Notes: generated from the sequence alone by a model not told the origin. A stretch of 61,607 bases of DNA, filler included, from Bdellovibrionota bacterium (GCA_963169515.1; 5 parts of 5 records of this genome joined end to end with filler, not necessarily neighbours in it); one strand, 5' to 3'; numbered from the whole stretch's first letter, positions 9,044-19,781 are shown. Numbers and translations: made by a program.

Positions 9044-9541
9044 TTATTCTCGAATAACATAGTCGCGGGTGAGAGGAAAGTAAAAATCCGCAGCCTCTTG
9101 AACCTCTGGCGAAGTTGATTCGGGCCAAGACCAAATTTCTGTACGACATCCCCGCGATTTCAGATACCAAATGAGCGGCAAATAATCCTTGTCGCCCCCA
9201 ATAATGATTGCAACATCTACTTTTTCCGCAAGTGTAACGGCATCGATAATCAAAAAACTGTCGGCGTTTTTTTGGGGCCTTCGCATCTCAGCTCCAAGGC
9301 TTGCCATAAAATCGTCAAAGCTTTTTGAAATTTCTTTGTAAATAGGCTTATAATACAAAATACGAATGATTTCTCGGTCGCCAACTTGGTTCAGGACCTT
9401 TTTATAGTCCGTGCGCCCCTCGTGATGTTTCAGACCGCTCATTTCAATGTTTTCTGCATCAATGAAAACGGCTACTTTCTGAAACAAAAGGTTTTTTTGA
9501 CGGAGCGAAGCGTGCTCTTTTTTGCCTTCACTTTTTCTCAC
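9044..9541 (-). CDS. NYN domain (LabA/DUF88, PIN-like) protein
   Basis: VFIDAENIE, QKNAD, IDA, GGDKDYLPL, EAADFYFPL. Confidence 0.9.
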   Translation of the reverse strand: MRKSEGKKEHASLRQKNLLFQKVAVFIDAENIEMSGLKHHEGRTDYKKVLNQVGDREIIRILYYKPIYKEISKSFDDFMASLGAEMRRPQKNADSFLIIDAVTLAEKVDVAIIIGGDKDYLPLIWYLKSRGCRTEIWSWPESTSPEVQEAADFYFPLTRDYVIRE

Positions 9542-9549
9542 TCTAATTC

Positions 9550-10182
9550 CTATTCACAGCTAAAAATGTCAAAGGTTCGATCCTTACCCAACGCCTTCAA
9601 TGCAGACCTAAAGATATGATCACTTCTGAGTACCTTTGTAAAGGAATCGGAAAGACGCAGAGCCACCCCTTCAAGCTTCCCGGCAGCCGTGATGACAGGT
9701 AAACCGCTACGCTGAATACGTTCTTTTATAAGGTGGAAATGAGGAGTCGGGCTTTGATAACTTTTGTCAAAGTAGCCCGTAATCCTATTTTTCACCTGAA
9801 TCAAAAGACCATCTTCTGTCCACACCTCGTCAAGTTGTGAAACCCTTACTTTGTCTGAAACAATATACATCTTTTGATTCTTAGCTACGCGGTACGGGTT
9901 CAGCGGAAGACAGAATTTGCTTTCAATTTGGATATGGATAAGAGCAAAGTTTCCATCTGGATCGGTGCGATCTCCGAGCATCATAATTTCATAAGGCACA
10001 TCAATTGAAAGCGGCGCTCCGTCGTCCAAGCAGTCCAATGTTGTTAGTGCGTCGCCGCTATGGGATATCCAAATGCCAACACATTCATGCTTCCCGTTAT
10101 CGTAAATGAATAGATTTTTTGTATAGTCTGGTGTCGCCCAGCTGACGTTAAGTAAAACGGCAGCCAAAGATAAGATCCCCAA
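9550..10182 (-). CDS. secreted trypsin-like protease homolog, degenerate active site
   Basis: Signal peptide; CVGIWIS...ALTTLDC, NFALI and RSGLPV..GKLEGV align to the S1 protease motifs. Confidence 0.6.
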   Translation of the reverse strand: MGILSLAAVLLNVSWATPDYTKNLFIYDNGKHECVGIWISHSGDALTTLDCLDDGAPLSIDVPYEIMMLGDRTDPDGNFALIHIQIESKFCLPLNPYRVAKNQKMYIVSDKVRVSQLDEVWTEDGLLIQVKNRITGYFDKSYQSPTPHFHLIKERIQRSGLPVITAAGKLEGVALRLSDSFTKVLRSDHIFRSALKALGKDRTFDIFSCE

Positions 10183-10327
10183 AATTTACTCCCTTGTTCC
10201 CTCTGAAAACGGATCTTTTAAACCCTATCCTCCGTCAAAAGGATATTATTTTGTAAATAAGATAATTTAGTAATTTCAATTGGTTAGAAAGAATTTGGTC
10301 GACGCTGCGAGTAATTAATATCAAAAG

Positions 10328-10342
10328 TGAAAGTCATTATCA
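10328..10342. promoter_or_regulatory. Fur-box-like 7-1-7 site upstream of fur
   Basis: TGAAAGT-C-ATTATCA versus consensus TGATAAT-n-ATTATCA (12 of 14). Confidence 0.6.
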
Positions 10343-10398
10343 TTTGCAATTGACGCTAGTCCTTCCTTTAAGTTACGTCTGACGGCTGTGAGGGACTT

Positions 10399-10890
10399 AT
10401 GAACAAATCTGTAAACTCAACACAGCTAAAAAAGATTATCCGTGAAATCGGTGTGAAGGTTACTCGACAACGGTTGATCATTCTAGAAAATATACTAACT
10501 GGTGATGAACACGTAACCGCCCAAGCCGTGTATGAAAGCATTCGACATATCGCTCCCGATATTGGTTTTGCCACGGTCTATCGATTTTTGAGAACCCTGT
10601 GCGATCATAAAGTTCTTACTGAAGTGCGTATGAGAGGCCTACCTGCGCGATATGAATGGGCACAAAAAAAACACCACGACCATTTGTCTTGTGTTCGGTG
10701 CAAATGCATCTATGAATTCGAAAACGAGCAAATCGAAGCCCTTCAGATTGAGATAGCAAAAAAATTTGGATTTAAATTAACCGAGCACATTTTAGAGTTA
10801 TACGGTGTATGTTCCAAGTGCCAGATTGAACAAAACATTCCTAAAGAAGTTTCAACCCCTTTGCAGACTTCACATGTCGCGCAGTTATAA
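10399..10890 (+). CDS. fur: ferric uptake regulator family protein
   Basis: [26 protein letters not shown]. Confidence 0.93.
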   Translation: MNKSVNSTQLKKIIREIGVKVTRQRLIILENILTGDEHVTAQAVYESIRHIAPDIGFATVYRFLRTLCDHKVLTEVRMRGLPARYEWAQKKHHDHLSCVRCKCIYEFENEQIEALQIEIAKKFGFKLTEHILELYGVCSKCQIEQNIPKEVSTPLQTSHVAQL

Positions 10891-11254
10891 CTGTTTTGAT
10901 ATTTCCACGCACATTGAAATCGCCGATCACCTCAAGTTCATGGGGGTCTAACAATTTTATCAGATCGTCTAAAATTCCGTTCGTGACGTCCTCGTGAAAA
11001 ACATATTCATTGCGAAATTTATTGATATAAAGTTTTAAGGATTTGAGCTCCACACAAAATTCATCCGGAACATATCGTATTTTAATTGTAGCAAAATCTG
11101 GAAATCCGCTTCGGGGGCACAAACACGTGAACTCAGGACAAGTAAATTCAACAATGTAACGGCGATCGCGAGTTCGATTTTGGAAAGATTCGAGCCTTGC
11201 CTCTTCAACAATCTTTTCACCGTAGCGCTTTTTTTCCACTTTCTTTTTAGTCAT
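10841..11254 (-). CDS. queF: NADPH-dependent preQ0 reductase (unimodular QueF)
   Basis: [31 protein letters not shown]. Confidence 0.95.
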   Translation of the reverse strand: MTKKKVEKKRYGEKIVEEARLESFQNRTRDRRYIVEFTCPEFTCLCPRSGFPDFATIKIRYVPDEFCVELKSLKLYINKFRNEYVFHEDVTNGILDDLIKLLDPHELEVIGDFNVRGNIKTVITARHVKSAKGLKLL

Positions 11255-12261
11255 ATTTTACCCTTGAATTGATAAAGAATCTTATTAGCAAAAGTCGGCT
11301 TAAAAAGATAGGTCACAGAGGATTTTTTGAAATTTGAACGTGGATTTTGGTCCAATTTCCCCTGTGAAATGACCTTTTCGTACAGGCGTAAATAGTCTGA
11401 AGCCATTTTCGTAGCCGAAAAGTTTATTTTAACGTGCTCACGACATTTTTCTGGCAATAGGCTAGGAATCTTTGTCGCCGCTTGAACCATATCCCGATAG
11501 CTATGGCAAACAAATCCCACACTATCATTTACAAGTTCAGGCATTGCACCGTTGCTGGAAACGATGACGGGGGTTCCACACGCGAGCGCTTCCAATACCG
11601 CCAAACCGAACGGCTCGTCCCAATTTGTCGGATACAACAACGCTTTTGAGTTAGGTAAAATTTTATTTTTTTCATCCTCTCCGACAAGGCCATTGTAATG
11701 AACAAACCTTGAGTTTTTCCCAGTTCCGCCCAATACCTCTAATGGTGTGTTGAGATCATGCGCCAATTGAATTGCAGTTTTTAAATTTTTTACTCGCCAA
11801 GCCGCTTTGGCCAAAAAACTAAAATAGTTTTCTTTTTTATTTGAAAATACATAATCGTCAACGTCGATACCATTATAAACAAAATATTTTGCATTGTGAT
11901 TTTCTGCATGGCTTCGACTTATAAAACATGTGTTCGAATCGAAAGATTCTCCCGGTTTTCCGTTCCCATGGATTGTAATCAGGTAAGGAACTTTGGGTGG
12001 CGCGACTAGAGGCTGGTGACTGTGCAGAAAGTCAAGATCCTTAGGAAGGTGATTTGCATAATTTATAAAATCTTTGATCCCAATATGTTCATAGCCTGTA
12101 ATCTGACTTTCTTTGCGAGAAAGAATGACAATGGTATGTCCTTTTTTTTTGAGCTCACGGGCCAGCAGCATCACCACCCGCTCAATCCCCCCATAAGTTT
12201 TTGGGGGCAGTATGGAATCATGAAGAAGTCCAATTTTCACTATCTCTCCTGTGTACGCCAC
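11251..12261 (-). CDS. glycosyltransferase family 4
   Basis: [30 protein letters not shown]. Confidence 0.92.
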   Translation of the reverse strand: MAYTGEIVKIGLLHDSILPPKTYGGIERVVMLLARELKKKGHTIVILSRKESQITGYEHIGIKDFINYANHLPKDLDFLHSHQPLVAPPKVPYLITIHGNGKPGESFDSNTCFISRSHAENHNAKYFVYNGIDVDDYVFSNKKENYFSFLAKAAWRVKNLKTAIQLAHDLNTPLEVLGGTGKNSRFVHYNGLVGEDEKNKILPNSKALLYPTNWDEPFGLAVLEALACGTPVIVSSNGAMPELVNDSVGFVCHSYRDMVQAATKIPSLLPEKCREHVKINFSATKMASDYLRLYEKVISQGKLDQNPRSNFKKSSVTYLFKPTFANKILYQFKGKI

Positions 12262-12463
12262 TTTGTTGCAAAACTAAAAATTGGTATAGCGTTTCAGAAT
12301 GAATATCAATAAATAAAAGTGCCTGTATAACCACTTGAAATTACTTATTAAAATTTATTGCAGAACTTACTGCCGCATGGACAAATTCACCTGGATTTGA
12401 TAGGCTGACTGTTAATGCCACAAGTAGCTCTGTGGCGAATTTTAGTTTTTTCAAATAGGAAGT

Positions 12464-13630
12464 ATGGAACCGCAGTCGGTTTATTTAGATTATAATTCTA
12501 CAACCCCCATTGACCCAGATGTTTTTGAACAGATGCGTCCATTTTTTACAGAACATTTTGGAAATCCTGCAAGTCGCTTGCACTCTTATGGTTGGATCGC
12601 TGACAAGGCCGTTCAGAACGCACGCAAACAGATCGCTACGCTAATCGGTGCCGAAGCCAAAGAAATTATCTTCACAGGGGGCGCGACAGAGAGCAACAAC
12701 CTTGCAATTCGCGGAGTATTTGAGGCCTACGGTTATGAGGGCGCACATATTATTTCGACACAAACCGAGCACAAATCTGTATTGGAAGCTCTCGAATACG
12801 TCGAAAAGCACGGCGCAAAGGTTACCTATATACCTGTAAATTCTTTCGGACAAATCACAGCAGAACAGATTGAAGAGGCTATCACTCCAGATACCATTTT
12901 GGTCAGTGTGATTTATGGTAACAACGAATTTGGCTCGCTCAACCCCATTGAGGAAATCGGCCATATCACGACAAAAAGAGAAATCTTTTTTCACACCGAT
13001 GCCGTTCAGGCCCTTGGCCGGACCGAAATTCATGTTAAAGATCTGAATATCGATCTACTTTCCATGACGGCACATAAACTGTACGGCCCCAAGGGGATCG
13101 GCGCACTTTATGTGCGACACATACCTCGTCGGGTGAAATTAGAGCCTTTGATTGTTGGTGGCGGCCAAGAAAAGGGCCTTCGCGCAGGCACGCTCAACGT
13201 CCCCGGTATTGTCGGATTTGGCAAAGCTTGCGAGGTAGCCACAAGCAACTTCCATGAAGAAAATTTTGCCTTAAATGAATTAAAAAATCTTTTTATAAAA
13301 AATCTTCTGGATATTCCCGGAACGGTCTTAAATGGTCACCCCACCCAAAGGCTGAATAATAATATCAGCGTTCAATTTGGCGGCGTAAAAAATACCGACC
13401 TTATCATCGCATTAAAAAACGTAGCCTGCAGTACGGGATCGGCCTGCAGCAGCGACAGCGCCAAGCCGAGCCACGTTTTGCAAGCGATTGGTTTAAATCC
13501 AGAACAAATTCAATCCACTATTCGTTTTGGAATTGGGCGCTATACCAATATTGAACAAATCGACTATGTCTGCTCTAAAATTAGAACCTATATCGAATCA
13601 GTCCAAAAACCGGAGCTCGAATTTATATGA
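12464..13630 (+). CDS. iscS: cysteine desulfurase (IscS/NifS class)
   Basis: YLDYNSTTP, FGNPAS, TAHKLYGPKG, RAGT, STGSACSS. Confidence 0.95.
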   Translation: MEPQSVYLDYNSTTPIDPDVFEQMRPFFTEHFGNPASRLHSYGWIADKAVQNARKQIATLIGAEAKEIIFTGGATESNNLAIRGVFEAYGYEGAHIISTQTEHKSVLEALEYVEKHGAKVTYIPVNSFGQITAEQIEEAITPDTILVSVIYGNNEFGSLNPIEEIGHITTKREIFFHTDAVQALGRTEIHVKDLNIDLLSMTAHKLYGPKGIGALYVRHIPRRVKLEPLIVGGGQEKGLRAGTLNVPGIVGFGKACEVATSNFHEENFALNELKNLFIKNLLDIPGTVLNGHPTQRLNNNISVQFGGVKNTDLIIALKNVACSTGSACSSDSAKPSHVLQAIGLNPEQIQSTIRFGIGRYTNIEQIDYVCSKIRTYIESVQKPELEFI

Positions 13631-13953
13631 TTTCTATTTCGGATAATGCCATTAAACACATTCAACGCGTGAAGCTCGAAGAGGGAACCAAAACGGACTC
13701 ATTCCTTCGAGTAAATGTGGCAGGCGGCGGCTGTTCTGGTCTGTCTTACAAACTTAAATTCGATCAAGAAGTGAAGCCCGATGACAAGGTATTTGAACAA
13801 AGTGGAGTTAAAATCGTGACCGATCCAAAAAGTTATTTGTATCTGATCGGGATGACTCTTGATTATGAAGGCGGACTAAACGGACAAGGCTTTGTATTTC
13901 AAAATCCCAATGCTAAAAAATCATGCGGTTGCGGATCCTCTTTTTCAGTTTAA
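13627..13953 (+). CDS. iscA: A-type Fe-S carrier (IscA/HesB)
   Basis: GGCSG, NPNAKKSCGCGSSF. Confidence 0.95.
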   Translation: MISISDNAIKHIQRVKLEEGTKTDSFLRVNVAGGGCSGLSYKLKFDQEVKPDDKVFEQSGVKIVTDPKSYLYLIGMTLDYEGGLNGQGFVFQNPNAKKSCGCGSSFSV

Positions 13954-14021
13954 GCTAGCCCCCTATTTAGATGCGATGCGAATAATTGCCACAGAAATTT
14001 ACCAGGTTTAAGATAATGTAA

Positions 14022-14486
14022 ATGGAAACTACCCCTTGGCGTAAGTGTAATGCCTGTAAAAAGCCAATAGGTCTTGGCAGCTTATATTACGTATGCAGCG
14101 TATCTACATGCAACGGCCAGCGGACAGGGTATGCTTTCTGTTCTGTTTCCTGTTTTGATACCCATGTCCCAGTTGCACGCCATAAAGACGCAGCTGCTAT
14201 TGAAATGAAAGCGCCTCTCGTACAACAAGTCATTCGAACTGTTTCCAAACCAGGAACATCGCCTGCGCCAAGATTGTCCAACGAAAACAGAGAGGCTCTC
14301 ATAATTGCTTCACGCTTAAAAGAGTACATAAGCTCACAATCGGATTTCAATACATCCGGCGGGGTGATTGATGTTCTTTCAGATCACATCCGCATTTTAT
14401 GCGAACGTGCAATCGACAATGCCCGTGCTGACGGCCGCAAAACCGTTATGGAGCGCGATTTTCAATTTATCAAAACTCTGAAATAG
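14022..14486 (+). CDS. zinc-finger + histone-fold protein (bacterial ZZ-type histone)
   Basis: N-terminal CxxC..CxxxxC..CxxxC..H..H; C-terminal LIIASRLKEYI..NTS..VIDVLS..AIDNARADGRKTVMERDF histone fold. Confidence 0.85.
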   Translation: METTPWRKCNACKKPIGLGSLYYVCSVSTCNGQRTGYAFCSVSCFDTHVPVARHKDAAAIEMKAPLVQQVIRTVSKPGTSPAPRLSNENREALIIASRLKEYISSQSDFNTSGGVIDVLSDHIRILCERAIDNARADGRKTVMERDFQFIKTLK

Positions 14487-14549
14487 CTACCAAATTTCTT
14501 TTTCGGCTCTTATAGTGGAGCAGCAACCGCTATGGAGTTTGGGGTGCTC

Positions 14550-15551
14550 ATGATAAAAACTATTATTCGATCTTTTGGTTTCAGCGTTCCTGACCGGGTC
14601 GTAACTAATCACGACTTGGAAAAAATGATGGATACTTCAGATGAATGGATACAGCAACGCTGTGGGATCAAAGAGCGCCGTTGGATCACGCCTGGAAAAG
14701 AAACAACTTTGTCATTGGCCGCAGAGGCCAGCCGCGACGCCCTAAAAAAAGCAAATCTCAAACCCGATGACATTGACGCAATTATTTTTGGATGCTTGGT
14801 TTCAGATCATATTTTTCCTGGAACTGGTTGTTTGCTTCAGGAAGCCTTGGGATTTTCAAAAACTATTCCCGCACTAGATATACGAAACCAATGTTCGGCT
14901 TTTTTGTACAGCCTAAGCATCGCCGATGCATGGATCCGTTCCGGCGTTTATCGACGTGTATTGATTGTCGGCTCAGAAATACACTCCACAAGCCTCGACA
15001 AAACTACGCGTGGGCGCGATGTGAGTGTTCTTTTTGGCGATGGGGCCGGAGCATGCATTGTTGAAGCTGGAACCGACAAGAATCAAGGCATAATCGAAGT
15101 TCAAATCGCAAGCGAGGGTAAATATGCTGATAAACTGCGTGTCGCAAAGCCGAGTTCAAATGATGATCCCCGAATAAAATTTGAGCCCGAATTTAATCCA
15201 CATCTGTTTCCATCTATGGATGGAAAATATGTTTTTAAGCACGCGGTGGAACGAATGACCCAATCTTTAACCGAAATCTGTAAGAAAAATAATATTACTG
15301 CTAACGATATTGATTTTGTAATTGCCCATCAAGCAAATGCCCGAATTAATTCTATGGTTCTTCAACAGCTGGGAATTCCAGAAACAAAGACACACAATAC
15401 CCTTCAAAAATACGGAAACACAACCGCCGCAACAATTCCTATTACAATGAGCGAAGCGGTTGATTTAGGGAAAATAAACCGAGGGAACCTCGTAGCCCTC
15501 GTAGCATTTGGGTCTGGCTTCACGTGGGGAAGCGCTTTGCTCCGCTTCTAA
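14550..15551 (+). CDS. fabH: 3-oxoacyl-ACP synthase III
   Basis: DTSDEWI, NQCSAF, LFGDGAGA, HQAN, GNTTAA, FGSGFTWG; start may be 14532 or 14550. Confidence 0.93.
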   Translation: MIKTIIRSFGFSVPDRVVTNHDLEKMMDTSDEWIQQRCGIKERRWITPGKETTLSLAAEASRDALKKANLKPDDIDAIIFGCLVSDHIFPGTGCLLQEALGFSKTIPALDIRNQCSAFLYSLSIADAWIRSGVYRRVLIVGSEIHSTSLDKTTRGRDVSVLFGDGAGACIVEAGTDKNQGIIEVQIASEGKYADKLRVAKPSSNDDPRIKFEPEFNPHLFPSMDGKYVFKHAVERMTQSLTEICKKNNITANDIDFVIAHQANARINSMVLQQLGIPETKTHNTLQKYGNTTAATIPITMSEAVDLGKINRGNLVALVAFGSGFTWGSALLRF

Positions 15552-15590
15552 GGAAATAAACAAGATTTGTATTCTGCTTAAGCCCAGACG

Positions 15591-16463
15591 CTAATTGATT
15601 TCTTTTACAATCGCCAATTTCTGTGGTGAAGCTTTAAAGAATGTACTGAGCACATTTATTACTTCGTCCGAACACTCACGCGAAATCAGGTGACCACCGT
15701 GAAGAATACGGGTCAGGTCGCTCTGGGGAAATGTTTTTGCAAGCTGGGTGTACGTATCTTCAGAAAACAGGTTATCACGCCCCCCGTACAAGATATGCAC
15801 AGGTGCCTTAATAAAACCAATCCGCGCCCGCCATACTGACCAATCTTCCGTATCACTAATCCAGGTAAATCTATGAACAACGTGAGTAATCATTTTTATT
15901 TTTTTTGAATTGAGCGCTATCAAACGGTTTTTTCGTGCACGATTTTGCAGCCAACTGACATTAAAAATATTTTGAATGTATGGAAGCGTAAGCTTTCCAA
16001 TTGGTGACATCAATAATAGAGCGAGAGCCGGCGTAATCCGCCCAACTTTAAAAAAGTATTTTAAAAGAGGATTTCTAATATGATCCTGAGGATTCGGGGG
16101 CATTGGACTTAAAAGGGCTGCACGATCCACGAGATCCGGTTCTTCAGACAACAAAGCATACACAAGAGCCGCACCGTAGCTTGCTCCTGCCAGGAATATA
16201 TTATCATTTTTTGATTTTCTAAATATTTGCAAAAATTCTTTTAAAATTGTTACCTGCTGAGAAAATGACATCGGCCGGTTCGGATCTAAAAACAAGCTAG
16301 AAAGATTGGGCGTGATTACGCGGAAATCTTTGGAAAGCGTATCGGAAACAGCGTTCCAATCACTTGTTGATCCGCCATAACCATGAAACAAAATTATAAT
16401 GGGTCCCTCACCAATGTCCCGATAGGATATCGTGTGACTTAAAATTTCAGCCCTCTTCACCAT
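15591..16463 (-). CDS. alpha/beta hydrolase
   Basis: FHGYGG, GASYG nucleophile elbow, D and GGH catalytic positions. Confidence 0.88.
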   Translation of the reverse strand: MVKRAEILSHTISYRDIGEGPIIILFHGYGGSTSDWNAVSDTLSKDFRVITPNLSSLFLDPNRPMSFSQQVTILKEFLQIFRKSKNDNIFLAGASYGAALVYALLSEEPDLVDRAALLSPMPPNPQDHIRNPLLKYFFKVGRITPALALLLMSPIGKLTLPYIQNIFNVSWLQNRARKNRLIALNSKKIKMITHVVHRFTWISDTEDWSVWRARIGFIKAPVHILYGGRDNLFSEDTYTQLAKTFPQSDLTRILHGGHLISRECSDEVINVLSTFFKASPQKLAIVKEIN

Positions 16464-16992
16464 CCTCCTCTTTTACATCATCCACTTTTTGTCGTCGCTT
16501 GATCTTTTCCAGAGCCAATCGTGTTTCTTCAGCCAAAAGCTCACGCTCTGCCCTGTTCAAATCTAAATCGATCTGTTTAATTTGGCCTTTTTGCACATCC
16601 TTAAGTTTTCCTTCTTCCAGGATTATGTTCCCCATAACCGCGCTGGATTCACCTTCTTTTTGCGCCTTTCCACGAGGCCTTTTTGCGATAGATGCGTTTT
16701 CCTTTTCGATTTGATGTGTAAGATCGACAGTGACATCACCAAAGCATTTCAGCTGACACGATAGTCGCCTGCGATCCACATAATACGCTGTTCCTATTAA
16801 ATTTAATTCCTTTTTCGTAGGTGGAAATACGTTATGCTCGCCATCGGCAAGATTTACACGACATTCCGCGCATGATGGAACACCTTTACAAACAGATTGA
16901 ATGTGAATTCCATTTGTATGGGCCAAATCCAAAATACTTTGATTTGGTTTAATTTCTAATTCAATGTTCTGCGGAATAAATTTTACCTTCAT
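16447..16992 (-). CDS. [2Fe-2S] ferredoxin with charged C-terminal extension
   Basis: CKGVPSCAEC...RLSCQ. Confidence 0.88.
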   Translation of the reverse strand: MKVKFIPQNIELEIKPNQSILDLAHTNGIHIQSVCKGVPSCAECRVNLADGEHNVFPPTKKELNLIGTAYYVDRRRLSCQLKCFGDVTVDLTHQIEKENASIAKRPRGKAQKEGESSAVMGNIILEEGKLKDVQKGQIKQIDLDLNRAERELLAEETRLALEKIKRRQKVDDVKEEDGEEG

Positions 16993-18212
16993 TAGCTAAC
17001 TACAATTCTCTTAAAATTTTTTTTACCCACCTTAAGTATATGGGAAGCGCCTTTTAATAGGCTCAATTTTAACTTTGGATCTGAAACCTTTTGAGAGTCC
17101 AACTCCACAGCCTTTTGTTCAACCATCCGTCTTGCATCGCTCGTGGATTTTGTCATTTCAAGATCCTTCAAAAGCTGGCAAATCCAAATTTCGCCTGCAG
17201 AAATTTTAGCCTCTTGGATATCGTCAGGCACACCCTTATTTACAAAAATTTCTTCAAACTCTCTTTCTGCCTTGTCTGCGGAAATCTTATCATGAAATCT
17301 TTCTACTAAAGTTTTAGCCAAATCGACCTTGGCCTTCTTTGGGTGCAATTTACCAGCCTTAACATCGGCTTTCATTTTTTCAATATCGTCAACGGTTAAA
17401 TCCGTCAGCAACTCATAATAGCGCCACATCAAAACATCTGACACACGCAGGGTCTTACCGAACATTTCTTTTGGTGTATCAAATACCGCAATATAGTTGT
17501 CTTCGCTCTTGGACATCTTTTTAACGCCATCAAGACCTTCAAGAAGAGGAGTGGTTATCACGACTTGAGGTTCCTGCCCGTAAGATTTTTGCACTTCACG
17601 ACCAACGATCAAATTAAACTTTTGATCCGTACCGCCCAACTCTACGTCCGCTTTCATTTCGACAGAATCGTAGCCTTGTACTAACGGATATAAAAACTCG
17701 TGAATATTGATTGGGGTTTCATTCTCATAACGCTTTTGAAAGTCGTCGCGCTCCAACATACGAGCAACGGTGTACTGAGCCGTCAATTTGATAAATTCTG
17801 CTGGCCTCATTTTGTTAAACCAATGGGCATTGTACATTACTTCTGTTTTTTTCTGATCGAGTATTTTGTAAACTTGTTTTGCGTAGGTTTTAGAGTTCTC
17901 TGCAACCTCTTGGTCTGTTAGGGGGGGGCGCGCTGAATTTTTTCCCGTAGGATCCCCGATACGTGCAGTGAAATCACCAATGAGAAACATTACATGATGA
18001 CCCAGTTCCTGAAACTGTCGCATTTTATTAATCAAAACAGTGTGACCCAAATGTAAATCAGGTCGCGAAGGATCGAATCCTGCCTTGATTCTCAATGGAG
18101 TACCTTCTTTGAAGCTTTTTTCCAGCTTTTTCAGCAATTCTGTCTCAGAGATTAAATCAACGATCCCTTTTTTCAGCAGCTTAAGTTGGTCTTTAGGTTC
18201 TAAAAACTTCAT
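16992..18212 (-). CDS. tyrS: tyrosine--tRNA ligase
   Basis: GFDPS, HLGH, GGTDQ, KMSKS, C-terminal S4 domain. Confidence 0.97.
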   Translation of the reverse strand: MKFLEPKDQLKLLKKGIVDLISETELLKKLEKSFKEGTPLRIKAGFDPSRPDLHLGHTVLINKMRQFQELGHHVMFLIGDFTARIGDPTGKNSARPPLTDQEVAENSKTYAKQVYKILDQKKTEVMYNAHWFNKMRPAEFIKLTAQYTVARMLERDDFQKRYENETPINIHEFLYPLVQGYDSVEMKADVELGGTDQKFNLIVGREVQKSYGQEPQVVITTPLLEGLDGVKKMSKSEDNYIAVFDTPKEMFGKTLRVSDVLMWRYYELLTDLTVDDIEKMKADVKAGKLHPKKAKVDLAKTLVERFHDKISADKAEREFEEIFVNKGVPDDIQEAKISAGEIWICQLLKDLEMTKSTSDARRMVEQKAVELDSQKVSDPKLKLSLLKGASHILKVGKKNFKRIVVS

Positions 18213-18215
18213 ATT

Positions 18216-19781
18216 TTATCGAGCGTAATCTATCGCTCGGGTTTCGCGAACAACAGTTACCTTAATTTGTCCTGGGTAATTCATTTCCCGTTCAATTTTC
18301 TTTGCAATGTCCCGGCTTAACAATAAAGACTGTTCATCAGTCACCTTGCTTCCCTCAACCAAAACTCGAACCTCGCGTCCTGCTTGGATCGCAAACGTCC
18401 GAATAACGCCGTCAAAGCTATTTCCAATAGATTCCAAATCCTCTAAGCGCTTAACATAGTTATCTGTCGATTGACGCCGAGCTCCCGGACGTGCACCGGA
18501 TATCGCATCGGAGGCTTGTACTATATATGCAATTGCCGTTTTAGGTTGCTCATCCTCGTGGTGCGCTCGAATCGCATGACAAACTTTTTCAGATTCACCA
18601 TGTTTTTTTGCGAAATCCGCGCCGATCACAGCATGGCTGCCTTCGATGCTGTGGTCGAGTGCTTTTCCTATGTCGTGCAGAACACCAGCACGGCGAGCCG
18701 CCTGCACATCTTCACCCATTTCTACGGCCATCATTCCTGCGATAAAGCCAACTTCCATACTGTGTGTATAATTATTCTGAGTATACGAGGTTCTAAAATT
18801 TAAACTTCCTAATAATTTAACAATCTCTTGGTGAACACCATGAAGGCCAAGATCAAAGCACGCTTTATCACCCAGCTCTTTTATGTATTTAAAAAGGTCG
18901 ACTTTTACCTTATCAACGACCTCTTCAATGCGAGCAGGGTGCACACGACCATCTTGTAGTAATGTTTCCAGGGTTCTGCGCGCGATTTCGCGTCGAACTG
19001 GATCAAACGACGATATCACAACAGCCTCTGGAGTTTCGTCAACAATCAAGTCCACACCGCAAGCGGCCTCAAGCGCACGAATATTTCGGCCCTCTTTACC
19101 AATCACGCGGCCTTTCATTTCTTCATTCGGGAGCGCAATCACACCAACCGTACGCTCAGAAGTATATTCACCTGCATAGCGGGATATTGCCATACTTATA
19201 ATTCGTTTTGCTTTTTTCTCGGCTTCTTCCTTCGCTTCATTCTCTATAATAATCGCCTTTTTCGCAGCTTCCATCGCAGCCTGCGATTTTACAGATTCGA
19301 TCAGTTCCCGCTTGGCTTCCTCTGCAGAATATCTGCCAACCTGTTCAAGCTTTTCCTGAAGTTTTAAAACCGATTCATCGACCTTTGTTTCCTTTTCTTT
19401 AATCCGGGTTTCTAAGGATTCGATATCTTTTGATCGAGCTTCTGTTCGACGAAGCTTTTCAGCCAGCTCTTCTTCTTTGGCTTTTGATTTTTGGTCTATT
19501 GTTCGAAGCTTATCGTCCAGCTGCTTTTCCTTTTGTCGAACTTGGTCTTGTTGGCGGCGAATATCTTGATCGACTCGTTTGCGCGCTTGATCTTCACTCT
19601 GTTTTGCACGCGTTTTCGCTTCACGATCAATCCTTTGGGCGTCGTTTTTTGCATTATTAATAATTGTTTGGGCCTCATTTCGAGCGCGGATCTTCTTTTT
19701 ATTATCTAAATGTTTTTTAATTAGATTATGTCCTATGGCTCCAACAATAAGGCTTATAATGGCGGCAATTGCAGTTATCAT
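18216..19781 (-). CDS. rny: ribonuclease Y
   Basis: N-terminal TM, coiled coil, KH (GRVIGKEGRNIR), HD (LHDIGK), SGARPGAR. Confidence 0.97.
   Translation of the reverse strand: MITAIAAIISLIVGAIGHNLIKKHLDNKKKIRARNEAQTIINNAKNDAQRIDREAKTRAKQSEDQARKRVDQDIRRQQDQVRQKEKQLDDKLRTIDQKSKAKEEELAEKLRRTEARSKDIESLETRIKEKETKVDESVLKLQEKLEQVGRYSAEEAKRELIESVKSQAAMEAAKKAIIIENEAKEEAEKKAKRIISMAISRYAGEYTSERTVGVIALPNEEMKGRVIGKEGRNIRALEAACGVDLIVDETPEAVVISSFDPVRREIARRTLETLLQDGRVHPARIEEVVDKVKVDLFKYIKELGDKACFDLGLHGVHQEIVKLLGSLNFRTSYTQNNYTHSMEVGFIAGMMAVEMGEDVQAARRAGVLHDIGKALDHSIEGSHAVIGADFAKKHGESEKVCHAIRAHHEDEQPKTAIAYIVQASDAISGARPGARRQSTDNYVKRLEDLESIGNSFDGVIRTFAIQAGREVRVLVEGSKVTDEQSLLLSRDIAKKIEREMNYPGQIKVTVVRETRAIDYAR

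Noticed and set aside
8952..9170. 72-aa ORF on the minus strand
   Set aside because: A shadow ORF across the NYN gene end and tRNA-Arg
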